From NCBI GenBank assembly GCA_025558095.1, contig JAIVFI010000007.1, positions 434,001 through 498,000 of the forward strand: a stretch of DNA of 64,000 bases, written 5' to 3'. Below, piece by piece: positions 35,461 to 46,657 of the stretch. Origin of the DNA: Hyaloraphidium curvatum SAG 235-1. Its lineage: Eukaryota > Fungi > Monoblepharomycota. The notes under the pieces are model-generated. The model was not told the DNA's origin, ran no database searches, and saw only the letters and a program-made list of their open reading frames with translations. The translations under genes were made by a program, and so were the position numbers. How positions within the stretch are numbered: position 1 is the stretch's first letter; each line of letters begins with the position of its first letter.

Positions 35461-38400
35461 AGCTTCTTGACCGACCCATTCGCGGCGCTTGCGGCCGTAC
35501 GCTTGCGGCCTGTGGCGGCACCTGGAGCTCCCGGATCAGCTCGGGATGACGCTCGGGATGACCGTCGCGAATGCGAGCGCGCTCACCCGCGGACTTGCGC
35601 GGCGCTGCACCAGTCCCAGCTCGGAGCTTGGGCTGCGGCTTCGGCTTCCTGGTGTCCGGCCTGAACGGCCAGGGGCGCTCCCCTCCGGTGATGAGGCCGA
35701 ACCAGAAGAGGTGCTCCATGGAGTGCACACTGTTCACGTCGCGCATCCAGAAGCGGCGGCAGAGGGGACAGTATTTCACCCCGCGCACCTCGCCCTTGGA
35801 GCCGGGGTTCCGGATTCCGACGACATAGGTGGTCTTGCAGCTGGAAAGGACGTCAGGCGAGTCGGATGATCACGGCGGCTGCCGCACCAGCTGCACATTT
35901 GGGACGTGAGGTACTCGTTGACCAAGACCATGATCCCGGCCTTGGCCAGCTCCGCCCTGAAGCGAACGATCCGGGAGGCCGGGCCGCCCTTGCTCGCATG
36001 GCCGAATCGCGCGGCGCCGTATGCGATGGTCGTCTGTGGATCGTACTTGCCCGAATACGGGTTGCGACACATGTCGCGACAGATCCAGCTGAGGACCTCG
36101 CGGCGCCGGCGAATCGTGCGCACACGATCCAGGCTGCAGGATGCGTGAGCGAAGTCGTTGCCACAGGGATTGGCTTGCCCACCTCCGTTCTCCGGAACAG
36201 TAGACGTCCAGGATGCGGTCGAGTTGTGGCAGCAGCGCCCTCGTGTAGTCCGAGAAGGCTGCACTGTTCGTTGTGCGTTGAGAGGGCAGGTCGCGCTCGA
36301 AATCGTGGAGAGACTTCTGCACAGGGTTGCCCTCGCAATCGTTGACGTCCAGCATGGTGGTCCGCTTGGTGGCATTCAGACGCGCGGCCGCCTTGTCGTA
36401 GCCGCACAGGCGGCGGTCGAGCTTGGCCGGAACACCGAGGATGAGCTCCGGCAGCGCCGGGGTCCCCGCACGGCCGGCACCAGCGACCTCGCCCCACAGC
36501 TTGGCACCAAACTCGTCCGTGCAGCCGCCAGGGGTCGGGAACAGTTCGACGTTGCGCCGAGCGTGCTTCTCCGCCTTTGCAGCGTCGTTGGGGCGCGAAT
36601 CGGGCGCCGGCGGCTTGAACTCCGAGATCTTGGGCTCCCAGAGCGGGTGGTGTCTGCACGCTCCAGCGGCAGGCGGCGACGGACCGAAAGACCTTGCGAT
36701 CCGCTTAGTATCGGAGCAGGAGTGCTCTAGGTGGAAGCCGACGATCCTCCCGAAGCTGACGGAACCGTCGGCCTTGGACGGGTTCGCCCGCTTCGGCACG
36801 TAGTGCGACTTGGTGCCGTCGGCATTGGTCACGGTGATGCGCTCCGTTGTCCCCGGCAGATGACTGTTGGCGAAGTCGTAGCGTCCGTTCGGCCCGGGGT
36901 TCAGGCTCTTGGCAACGAGCCGCACGTCGACGCGGCGGTTGGCAACAGCCAGAAACCAGCGATTCGGATCCACGTCGACGACCCCGCCCTCCACTGGCTC
37001 GCCGCGCTCGGCCCGCTCGAACATTTCCGCCTGCGTCGGCATGTGCAGGAGATTGGGTGCCAGCACGGACACATGGTCAGGGCGGCTGAGGTAGCAGACG
37101 GGAATGCCAGTCTTGAAGTCGACCGGGGGCCGCGGCAACGGCTCGGCAGAACGCGGCGGGAGCGGAACCGGGGTCGGGGCCAGCTGAGGAGGTACGGGGG
37201 CAGCGAACTTGCCCTCGACCGTTACCGTCGGCGGCGACGGTTCGACCGCGCAAACGACGACTTCGGGAGGGAAGCAAGAAAGGAAGGGGGAAGGAAGTGG
37301 CGGCGAGAAGTCGGGGAAAGGAAGGGCCGCGCATGGATGCACAGAAGTCTCGGGCACCGAGTCACCGGGCGAGACAGTCGCGCAGGGAGGGTCGTTGTGC
37401 CCCGAGCTCAGGGGCGCGAACACGTTGGGCGCACAGTCCACGGCCGAAGGCATGGTGGTGAAGTTAAGGTTGCTGCTGGCACAATAAGAGGGCTCCCAAT
37501 CCATCGGGACCGATTCGTCCCCTTGGGCCGTCGCCTGCAGGTAGTAGACCATGCCCCCATGCCAAATCCGATTCTGGCCTGGAAAAGTGAGGATCCGATC
37601 AGCCTCCGAACCCGTGCGTCACTGAGCAAAATGCCCACCATCGAAGACAGCCATGTCGCACGGCGGGTCCGGATCGCCGTTTGGCAGCCATGGACCGGTG
37701 TAGAGCGGCGGGTAGGGATCCATCGGAACATCGCGAGGGAACGAAACATCCACTTCGAAAGCAGCAAGACCGGCGGGCACATGAGCTGCGGCGGGAACGG
37801 AGACGGTGGGCCGAGTTTGAACAGGAGGAGCCGGCGCGGCTGCTGGCGAATGCGCTGCGCGCTTTGGCGGCTCGACGTCCTGTGTCGTGTTTTGCCGCTC
37901 CTGCTGCTGCGACTGCTGGAACGAGACCTTTTCCACGAAGGAGACTTCTTCGTTAAGAATGCCCAGGGTGCTGCCGCAATGATAGATGCCCCGGACGCCG
38001 GAGTACCTCAGAACGTCCGCGGTGCGACGATAGATGGGCTGCGTGGCGGCGGCATGGCCCCTGGCCGAGACTTTGCCCTGCTGACGGAGGCGGAAGAGCC
38101 GGTCCTCGTTGACGAGTTGGTTGCCGCCGTTGAGCAGGTGGCCGAATAGGTAGTCCGAGTCAACGCGCGAGGTGTCGATGCCAGGCGCGACCTCCACGCC
38201 CAGCTTGGACAAAAACTCGGGCAGATCCGAGGCCGAGATGTAGACGGTCACGGGGGACAAGCTGATTTCGGCGACCGCAGCCCGAAGCTTCCGCCGCGCC
38301 CACGAGGCTGCCTTTTCCTTGCCGGTCTGGGCGGCGCCAAGCCCCGCCATCGCGGCGGCGGCGGCCGCCTTGCGCTCCCGCCGCTTCGTCTCCATGGTCT

Positions 38401-40568
38401 CCTTCTTGGCGAGTCCCTCGGGCCCCGGCTGCGGTCGGCGCTTACGGAAGCTCACGACGAACCCGTGCCATCGCTTCGGGGAGCCATTCTTGCTGTAATG
38501 CCGCTTCTCGACGCGGTGCGGCCGCCACGTGTTGCGGGCCCTCCTGGTCTTGTTCGAAGCCTCCCTGTCCTTGACCGGAGCAGTTGAAATGGTTGGGAAA
38601 GTTGGGGTTGAATCGGGGTCCCTGGCGGTGCTCGTCCTCCGCGCCGTTCCAGGTTCCGGCAGTGCAGCAGCCGCGGACGCGGCCCTCTTCTTCAGCGCCT
38701 CGTCCTGCTTTTCGAGCTCGTGCAGGGCGATGAAGCACATCTGGAAGCCGAAGGCTTCGTCCGCGGGGTTCGTGGATGAACGACACTTGTCGAGGTCATA
38801 CTCGCTCATCCGCGCCACCAGAAGCTTCTCGCTTTCCCAGTGGGGCCGGTTCTGCCCCACCAATGCCGCCGCCGCCGCCTCGTTCATGTCCTCGGCGTGC
38901 TCGGGGACCCAGAACTTGGGTTTCTGCTCTGTCGACCGAATCGTTGCCGTGGTCACGGCCGGGTAGCGGAAGGGGATGCTCCGAAGCTGTAGACGGTTTG
39001 CAACCACCCAGTCCCTCAGCTCCTGCAGCTCCACCTTTCGCAAGTCAGCCTTCTCCGCAGGTGAGGCCCGCGGCAGCGTCTCCCAAATGTTCTGGAGGTA
39101 GCTGCGCACCGCCTCCGTTTCCGCGTCGACCTTTCCGCGCGGCTTGCCCTTCGGCAGGTTCACGGTTCGCACCGCGGCCGCCACGGGGTTGCCCGCCTGC
39201 TTGTCCTGCAGGACCCGAGCGATAACCCTCCGCTGCGAAACGGTTGCCGGCACCGGCGGCTTCTGTTTTGAATCCCGGAGGTCAACGATCCGGTTCAGCT
39301 GCAAGCCTCTGAACGGCCGGAGGAGCCTCCCCAGCCCGACCCTGAGCTCCGTGGCCTCGGCGAGACCACAGCCAAATGCGCTTTCGAACGGGAAATTGGA
39401 GAAGTCGTCGTCCCCATATCCGAGCTTTGCCAGAGCGTAGCTGAGGATTGGGCCAATCCGCCTCCGGCCGACGCCCGCGTTCACCTCCCCGCGTAGGAAG
39501 CGACGGATGAGAACCTTGAGCGCAGTCAGCAGCCGCTGCGGCACGCTTCGAGCTCGGTTGAAAGCGACCTGCTCGGCATAGCGGAGCAAAGGTCCCTGCA
39601 CGAAAAGCGGCCTGAGCTTGTCGTACGTCTCGCCCACAAGTTCCCGCGCCTCTGCAAACGCAGCAACGGCCGCCTTGCGGACAAGCTTTGCCGCTGCGTT
39701 GTGCTCCGCGACGGTGAGAACGGACGGTGCGCCCTGATCAGCAACCTGCGAGAGATCGGGGGTGTCCTCAGCCGTAACCAAGTCCTCGTCCTCAATCTGA
39801 TCCAGCTCGCCGTGCAAGAAGTCGGCCAAGATCTTGGCGCCGGCCTGGTCCTCGGACATCGCGTCGTCATCGTCCTCGAAGTCAACGTCCTCGAGCACCT
39901 CGTCTCGATCGTCGTCGTTGGCTCCGAGGTCCGGACCGCCGTCCACAAGCTGCTCCACTCCTGGCGCCCCCGAATGGCCCGAGTATCTCGCCCCAGCACC
40001 GAGCCCGGCCGACTTCTGCTTTCCCGCGCGGCGGGTTCCAACAGCGGCGGACATCTGGCCGGCACCAAGCACGGCGTGGATGGCAATCTTTGCGACGTAA
40101 GACGGGGGAAAGCTGGCGAGCATGTCCTGCGTGACGGATCCGTCTTGGTCCGGGAGCTCTTTGTTGTGGATCTGCAACAAGATCTTGGTCCAGATGATCT
40201 TGAATAAGATGGCGGCGAGGGTGCAGGCCTTGGTGATGAGGGGCCCGACTTGCTCGTACGGGCCCCGCGCCCATGGGTGGCACACCTCGGCCGCCGGGAA
40301 CCACTCGACGGCCAGCTCCGTCATCGTCTTGTATCGCTCGTGCTGGGGGTCGCCAAGTGCGAGGAAGCCGTTGAGCGCGACCCACCGCCGCTTCGGAGAG
40401 CACTCCTGCCGGTGCCTCCCGCCACCGGCGAAACAGAAAGGGCAGGACGAGCCGCCGAGGCCCGTAGGAATGTTGGCTTTGAGGTTTGTCGACGCGAACG
40501 GGACAATGTAGTGTGCGTTGGCAATGAACTGGCCGAACGACGTGGTGAGATTCCTTGGGGCGACCAAA
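35378..40568 (-). CDS. Fanzor (Fanzor1-like, TnpB-related RuvC endonuclease) moiety
   Basis: RuvC-I VVDVDPN; IAYGAARFGHASKGGPA; RuvC-II VLVNEYLTSQMCSCC; zinc ribbon VRGVKYCPLC; RuvC-III FWMRDVNS. Confidence 0.9.
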
Positions 40569-43500
40569 CTGTCCGCGGCGGCGGTCAGCTTCGCATCGGT
40601 CCCAGGCATGCATGGAAAGCGCGGTGCAACTCACGCCCCACGGTGGTTCTCCTCGACATGCTGCCGGAACTCACTCTCGAGGTCGAACTGATGTCCCTTC
40701 CCCGGGCACGCTCTGCAGGTGAGGTGCGCACCCTTGACGTGGTGGAGGAGCCGAAGCTCGGCGTCATAGACACGCTCCCGCGCAGCTCCGTCAGCCACCA
40801 TCCCCGACGCCGCGACCTTGCGCCGCCGCCCAGCCTTCGCCGGGACTTCGCCTTCCACCTGCACACTGAAGGAACAGAGCGGACAATCCCGCTTCTGGAT
40901 ACGGCCGAAGTCCAGCAGTCCAACGGATTCCGCGTGGAAGTGGAGCTTGGCGTCGAGCGCGGTGCGCGCGGCCTCCTGCCGTGCTTCGGGGTTGCTACCG
41001 CGCACCAGCGCGGGCATACCGCACAAGTCCAGGGTAAAATCGCGCATCTTGGGCCCCGACTCCAGCAGCCGCAGCGTCACCATGGAAGAGTGTTCCCACC
41101 CGAGCTGCTCCGCCTTCAGGAACAGGGTTGCCAGCAGCTTATCGCCCTCTGCATCCAGTCCAGGTACGCCCGGGCTCATCTGGAAAAGGCCCGGGAACGA
41201 AAGCAGCTGCCGGGGCAAAAATCAGTTTGGGATTGCGGGGCTGCTCGACAGGAGATTGCACACCAGCACGGGAACGGAACCCGGATTCTCGATGGCGAGG
41301 GCCTCCTCGTTGGCCGCCATCGGGTTCCACACCGCCCAATCGAAGAATCTCTTGCGCCCTTCCGCATTGCGACTCGCCACACTATCCGGCAAACGCGCCG
41401 CCATGACTATCTTGCATCGCTGCGGGAGGGAGAGCGAAGCAAGGAAGTACTCCAGGCCGGGCGACGCATCAAAAAGCGAGCGGCCCTGCTGGTCCTTCAG
41501 CGTGCGGCACGCTTCCTCCAGTATCTGCCTAAGGTTCCTTGGCAGAGACTCGGTCGAAGCCGCGCGTTCGAGGTACTCCAACCGACAGACCTTCGAAATG
41601 GGCTGGTGAACATAATGCAGAGCACGACGTGCTGTCTCGGATGTTTCGAAGCTGTCCATGCGTGCCCTCCCGGCCGGGCCGAGCTGTCCCCAGAGAGAAA
41701 CAGCGAGCGCACGTAGCCATTCTGGTCCACGACCGTTTCGTACAAGGCCCGATAGGAGGATGGCGAACCTCTCGTCCAGCACGGTGTCGTTTGCAAGGGC
41801 TGAGAGCGGAAACAGCTGTTTCAACGCGGCGCGGCTGGCTTTCTTGAACGAGACGTTAAGTTCCGGTGGGACGTCGGCATAGCGGGCGAGGTTATCCAGC
41901 TGGGAGATGGAGACGTCGGGGGCTGACGGCGGTCCCAGATCCGCGCCATCGTCCGCGGGGCGGAAAAAGGGGGGTGCCGGTGCGTCTGGTCCGATCAGAC
42001 TGGGGGCGACCCGGCGCCGCCGGGCGACGATGTTCCGGAGGCGCGCGACGAAAAGCTCGCGCTCCAGCTTGTACCCCCGACCCGATGCCACCCGCTGACA
42101 GATGAACTCAAAAGGAGCTTCACCGAGGTTGGAGAGGCCCCCGAGGACGTCCGCAGCGTCGAAGCCCGCGGTCCTTTGAGCGGAGTCCGTGAAGTCGTTC
42201 CACGGCCCAAAGAATTCCCTCGCCGAACCATCGACGTGGAGAACTTCCCTCAGGATCAGCAAAGTGTGCTTTTGGTGCGGGTTGATGTGGGCGACGCCGA
42301 GGTTGCGAGCCTGCTCGGAGTGGGCGTTGTCGTGAGTCAGCGCGGTCTGCATGCCCGATGCGCAACCGTCATGGCAGTCCACCTCTTCAGCGAGCCGCTC
42401 GGCCGCGTTTGCTTCGGTCTGGGTCGCTGCTGCGCCCTCCATCGCGGAAGGGCACGTCTGAGGAGCCGGAGAAGCAAAGGCAGAGATCTGACCTTGTAGT
42501 GTGACCTTCCGCGCCACACATTTGCCGGCGGACGCGGATTCCGCGATGCGCACAAACTCAGCCTCGCTTAGCTTCAAGCAGTGCCGGAACGTCGCCATCA
42601 GATCGCCGTGGCCGACGATTTGAATGGCCCTCTCGATGGACCGGACGAGATCCGGCACCGTCCTGGGGCAGTCCCGCCTCACGAGGTTCTTGATCGTGGC
42701 AAACACGTACTCGGTCGGGTTAAATTCCGGCGATCTCGGTCGCAGGTAGATGAGGCTCAGATTGTTGGCCTTTGCTACGGCCTGGACCGCAAGGAACGAC
42801 TTGCCCGAGAGGTTCTTTATTATTGCCGTGCCGTCCGTGGTCTTCCTTGCCCGCAGAGGAGAGCCGTGGAAACCCGCATTGTCCAGGATAACGCCCAGGG
42901 ACTCGGGCCCACAAGCCCCGGCGCGAATAGTCTTGAGAAAAGCACAGAACCTCTCGGTGTTCATGTTGCCGCTGTAGATCTGGTACGAGATCACGTTTCC
43001 AGTGTGATTACCGGGTCGCGGAGTGGGTGAGATGGCGAGGCAAAGGGTCACCTTGGGGCCCCGGTTCCCTGGCAGGTATACGACGGCGGGAGTCCCCTTC
43101 TCCGAGTAGCCGAAGCGCCCCGGATCGTTGAGTTGGAATGAGGACTCGTCCAAGGCACCTAGGCGCCCCAAATCAAGGGAAGTGACCCTCTCGTGGAACA
43201 TGCGGTGCCGCTCGGGTTGTTTCAGGGCTTCGGCGCTCTTAATGGTGAGCTTCTTCCTCGTGACCCTGTTGGCCTTCAGCAGCCGCGAGATATGCTGCTG
43301 CGACACCAAAACGCCAAACTTTTCCGCCAGGTCAGCAGCGAGCTCCCTTTGCGTCACGCGGACGCGAGCTTTGGCCTCGTCAACTACGTGCCGGACCATT
43401 TCCTCGGACACCTTGCGGAAGGCCTTGCGGGGATGGTCCGGAACGGTCTGAGCCCCACATCGGCGGATCCAACGGAAATACGTCGTTCGGTGAATTGCGA

Positions 43501-43579
43501 GTACAGCAGCAATCTCGTCCGGGTCAAGCTTGCCGGTCTGCTTGAGCCGAACCGCGGTTTCTGGCCCGCTCAGAAGCAT
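35378..43579 (-). CDS. Predicted ~2640-aa transposase-zinc finger-Fanzor fusion; exons 43579-41264, 41206-40635, 40568-37639, 37578-36183, 36133-35888, 35840-35378
   Basis: Five GT-AG introns (57, 66, 60, 49, 47 nt) with CTGAC/CTGAT/CTCAC branch-like sites; all joins in frame; exon total 7923 nt = 2641 codons. Confidence 0.65.
41222..43579 (-). CDS. IS630/Tc1-type DDE transposase moiety (785-aa product if intron 1 is retained)
   Basis: HTH (EIAAVLAIHRTTYFRW), winged HTH (VSQQHISRLLK..TRKK), ALDESSF, ILDNAGFH, SPEFNPTE. Confidence 0.92.
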   Translation of the reverse strand: MLLSGPETAVRLKQTGKLDPDEIAAVLAIHRTTYFRWIRRCGAQTVPDHPRKAFRKVSEEMVRHVVDEAKARVRVTQRELAADLAEKFGVLVSQQHISRLLKANRVTRKKLTIKSAEALKQPERHRMFHERVTSLDLGRLGALDESSFQLNDPGRFGYSEKGTPAVVYLPGNRGPKVTLCLAISPTPRPGNHTGNVISYQIYSGNMNTERFCAFLKTIRAGACGPESLGVILDNAGFHGSPLRARKTTDGTAIIKNLSGKSFLAVQAVAKANNLSLIYLRPRSPEFNPTEYVFATIKNLVRRDCPRTVPDLVRSIERAIQIVGHGDLMATFRHCLKLSEAEFVRIAESASAGKCVARKVTLQGQISAFASPAPQTCPSAMEGAAATQTEANAAERLAEEVDCHDGCASGMQTALTHDNAHSEQARNLGVAHINPHQKHTLLILREVLHVDGSAREFFGPWNDFTDSAQRTAGFDAADVLGGLSNLGEAPFEFICQRVASGRGYKLERELFVARLRNIVARRRRVAPSLIGPDAPAPPFFRPADDGADLGPPSAPDVSISQLDNLARYADVPPELNVSFKKASRAALKQLFPLSALANDTVLDERFAILLSGLVRNGRGPEWLRALAVSLWGQLGPAGRARMDSFETSETARRALHYVHQPISKVCRLEYLERAASTESLPRNLRQILEEACRTLKDQQGRSLFDASPGLEYFLASLSLPQRCKIVMAARLPDSVASRNAEGRKRFFDWAVWNPMAANEEALAIENPGSVPVLVCNLLSSSPAIPN

Positions 43580-43844
43580 GTTTTGGCCGTGCCGTTCCCC
43601 GACGCGACGCAGGAGGCACCACGCGCCTTTTGCGATGGAGACTGTGCTCTAGCGGTTGCAAATTCGCACGCGGCGACTCCGGCAAGCTCGAGTAGCGGGG
43701 ACCTGTGTGTGAAACGAGGAGCGCCGGGCAGCCAACTGGGAAACCCCTTACCCCCACACTGCCACCGCGTTCTGCGGGCCGCCGAGCGCCGGACGGTGTC
43801 CGAGGCAGCGAGTTCCGGCCGCGGTAGCGGCGCCCTGGCCCGAG

Positions 43845-46483
43845 ATGAGCGGGGCGAAGTACGAGTATGACAACAACGGCCTGTACTTCTACTACTTCGT
43901 CTCCTCCGTGCTGAGCCTCCTGCTCGTGCCGTGGACCTACTATGTCTGGACGGCAGAGGACCGGGCCGCGAAAGGTGCTCCCGCCGCCTTGTGGCCGCCC
44001 GGGCCCCGCTGAGCGTTCCCCGCAGCGGCCAAGAAGGAGCACTGGGAGTGTACGTGCGAGGGTTGCGCCAAGAAGCGCGCCGTGCTGCAGAATATGCAGC
44101 AGAAAAAGTCCAAGATTACATGGACGTGCGTTGATTGGCGCCTCGGGTCGGGGAGCAGGCGAGCTGACACCGGGATCCCGCAGGCACATCGGGCTCGCCG
44201 CGGGCTGGCTTGTCTTTGCCTACTTTGCGTACTGCGCGGGGACTGCGAGGCTCACCGAGGCCAAACTGTGGGATCCCTTCGAGATCCTGGGGCTCAGAGA
44301 GGTGAGGTTGGCGCGAGCTCTGTCGTCGGCGCCGCTCACACCGTTCTTGCCACCAGGGCGCGAGCGCAGCGGACGTCAGGAGGGCCTTCAGGAAGCTCTC
44401 TCTCGTGTACCACCCGGACAAGGTGGACGCGGACAAGAAAAATGAGACCGAGGGCAAGTACGTTGAGCTCACCAAGGCGTACAAGGCCCTCACGGACGAC
44501 GAGGCGCGGAAGAACTGGGAGGAGTTTGGCCACCCGGACGGGAAGCAATGTCGGTCTAGCTCCGGGCTGTTTTGAGCGCTCGTTTCTCACCGCCCTCGTC
44601 CCGCAGCCATCTCGGTCGGCATCGCCCTCCCCGCGTGGCTCGTGGAGGCCGGCGCCCGCTACAAGGTGCTGGCGGTCTACGGCCTCATCTTCGGCATCAT
44701 TCTGCCCGTCGTCGTGGCTCGGTGGTGGCAACAGTCAAAGACCTTGACCAAGGACCAGATTCTGAACGAAACGATGGCAAAGTTCTTCCGGGAAATGAAG
44801 GACAACATGAAGTGGAACGGTGGGCACATCAGCTGCCCCTTGTTTCGCCCGCAGCTCACGTTGAGCTGCGCCCGTCAGATCTGCTTATTCTCCTCAGCAC
44901 CGCCGCCGAGTTTCGGCGCGAGAGCGTCAAGAACCCCGAAGGGCTGGGGCCAACGGCCATGGCCAAGCCGGAAAAGGCTGGCATGCAGAAGCTCTTTGCC
45001 GCCACGAGGGATGCGATGGAGGAACGGTGCGGGGAGAAGCTCGAGCGGCCCAAGAAGCTCATGGACGACGAGGTGGCGTGGAAGGTGTACCTGCTGCTCA
45101 TGTCGCACATTTCGCGCGCGGAGCTGAACGACGAGGGTCTGGAGGATGGTGGGTTTCCGTTGGGCTCGAACCGATTGCGGAACTTATCTTTGGATCCCCA
45201 GACCGGCGCTTCGTCGTGTCGAAGGCGGCACATCTCCTGGGTGGCATGATGCAGCTCGCCACGAGCCGCTTCTTCGTCATCAACATGGTCAGCTTGATGG
45301 ACCTCGGGCAAATCCTGGTCCAGGCCAGCCACCCGCTCAAGATGGGCCCGCTGTGGCAGCTGCCGTACATGTCGGAGGAGATCATGAAGCACACCAAGTC
45401 GAAGAAGGTGTGTTGGGATGTTTGCTGGGCTTTCTAGCCTGCCGCTGACGGGTTCTTTAGCGCAACATCGTCTCGGTTTACAACGTCCGCGACATGCCTG
45501 AGGCGGACCGACGAGACCTCTTCCGTTCCCTGACGGACGAGCAGTACGACCAGCTCGTGGCGGTGGCGAACAAAGTCCCCCGGATCGAGATCGAAAAGGC
45601 CGAGGCGCGCGTGATCGGCGAGGAGGAGATCGAGACCAACGCGTTGCTCACGGTCTTTGTCAAGCTGAAGCTTGCCAAGCCCGGGGAGAAAGACGGGGAG
45701 AAGAAGGACGGCGACAAGGAGAAGAAAGAGGCCGAGAAGGGCAAGGACGGAAAGGAGAAGGAGAAAGGGGATGGGAAGGCGGAGGAGTCTTCGGCGGACG
45801 AGGATGACGACGAGGAGGAGGAGGAGAAGCTGCCCGAGTGGTGGGAGAAGCGGGAGCACAACACTGAGCCCGTGCACGCGCCGTTCTGGCCAGCGGTAGG
45901 TTGCTCTTGCTGTCATGGCCCCTGCGCGTGCTCATCGTCTCCGTTCGACAGGAAAAGCGTCCCGGGTGGTGGGTCTTCCTCGCGGCACCCGGCGGCCCGC
46001 CACGGATCGTTTCGGGGCCCGCGAAAATCACGGATCTGGCGGATACAAAGACGGTGCGGCTGCAGTTCCAGGCGCCCCCGAATCCTGGCACGTTCCAGCT
46101 GTTGGCGGTGGTGAAGTCGGACAGCTATTTGGGGGCGGATATCCAGAAGGACTTCAAGGCGAGTTTGTGATCCGTCACCTGCTCTAGTGCGCTGACGTCC
46201 CTTGGCCGTCTAGTTTACGGTGAAGAAGGCTGTCGAGCGCCCTGTCGAGGACTTTGACGACGACATCAGCGAGCCGGACGAGGACACCTTCGCCGGACAG
46301 CTCGCGCTTGCCCGCCAGGAGCTGGCTGAGCTTGCAGGCGCCAAGCCCGCGAAGAAGGCAGGCAAGGTCAAGGGCGCGGCCGAGGGCGGGAAGGCTGGGA
46401 CGGCGAAGGCGACGAACGGAAAGCCCGCCGAAGAGTCCGAGGAGGATTCGGACAGTTCCGACGACAGCTCCGACGAGGAGTAG
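43845..46483 (+). CDS. SEC63: ER translocon subunit Sec63 (J domain plus Sec63/Brl domain), multi-exon
   Basis: KYEYDN...YF, WDPFEILG, FRKLSLVYHPDK, KAYKALTD...FGHPDG, GIALP, VHAPFWP, SDSYLGAD. Confidence 0.96.
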
Positions 46484-46657
46484 TTGCTGAGGCGCCAATG
46501 TACTGTCTCGTGGTTCCTGCTGAACAGTATTTTCGTGCCGAAAAGGCTTCAGAGGGAGCTTCGAAATCGGGGCAGCGAAAGGGTTGACGTGACCGTGTCA
46601 CTCTCAGGACCGCGCAGCACGACGACATGAGATTCCAGTGTGCGTAGCTCGGCAGCG

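Larger units (their letters stand above)
35265..43650 (-). mobile_element. IS630/Tc1-mariner-Fanzor element (~8.4 kb; ends approximate, no clear TIRs)
   Basis: DDE transposase and Fanzor RuvC coding regions inserted between the divergent host genes DPB4-like (35217) and SEC63 (43845). Confidence 0.8.

Noticed and set aside
35378-37620. Fanzor as a frameshifted pseudogene
   Set aside because: Each frame change coincides with a canonical GT-AG intron of host-typical length that restores conserved motifs.
42459-42493. Possible ~35-nt intron (GTCAGA...CTCAG, minus strand) that would end the transposase early and uncouple it from Fanzor
   Set aside because: Shorter than other introns here, no clear branch site, and the frame is open without it; cannot be fully excluded without cDNA.
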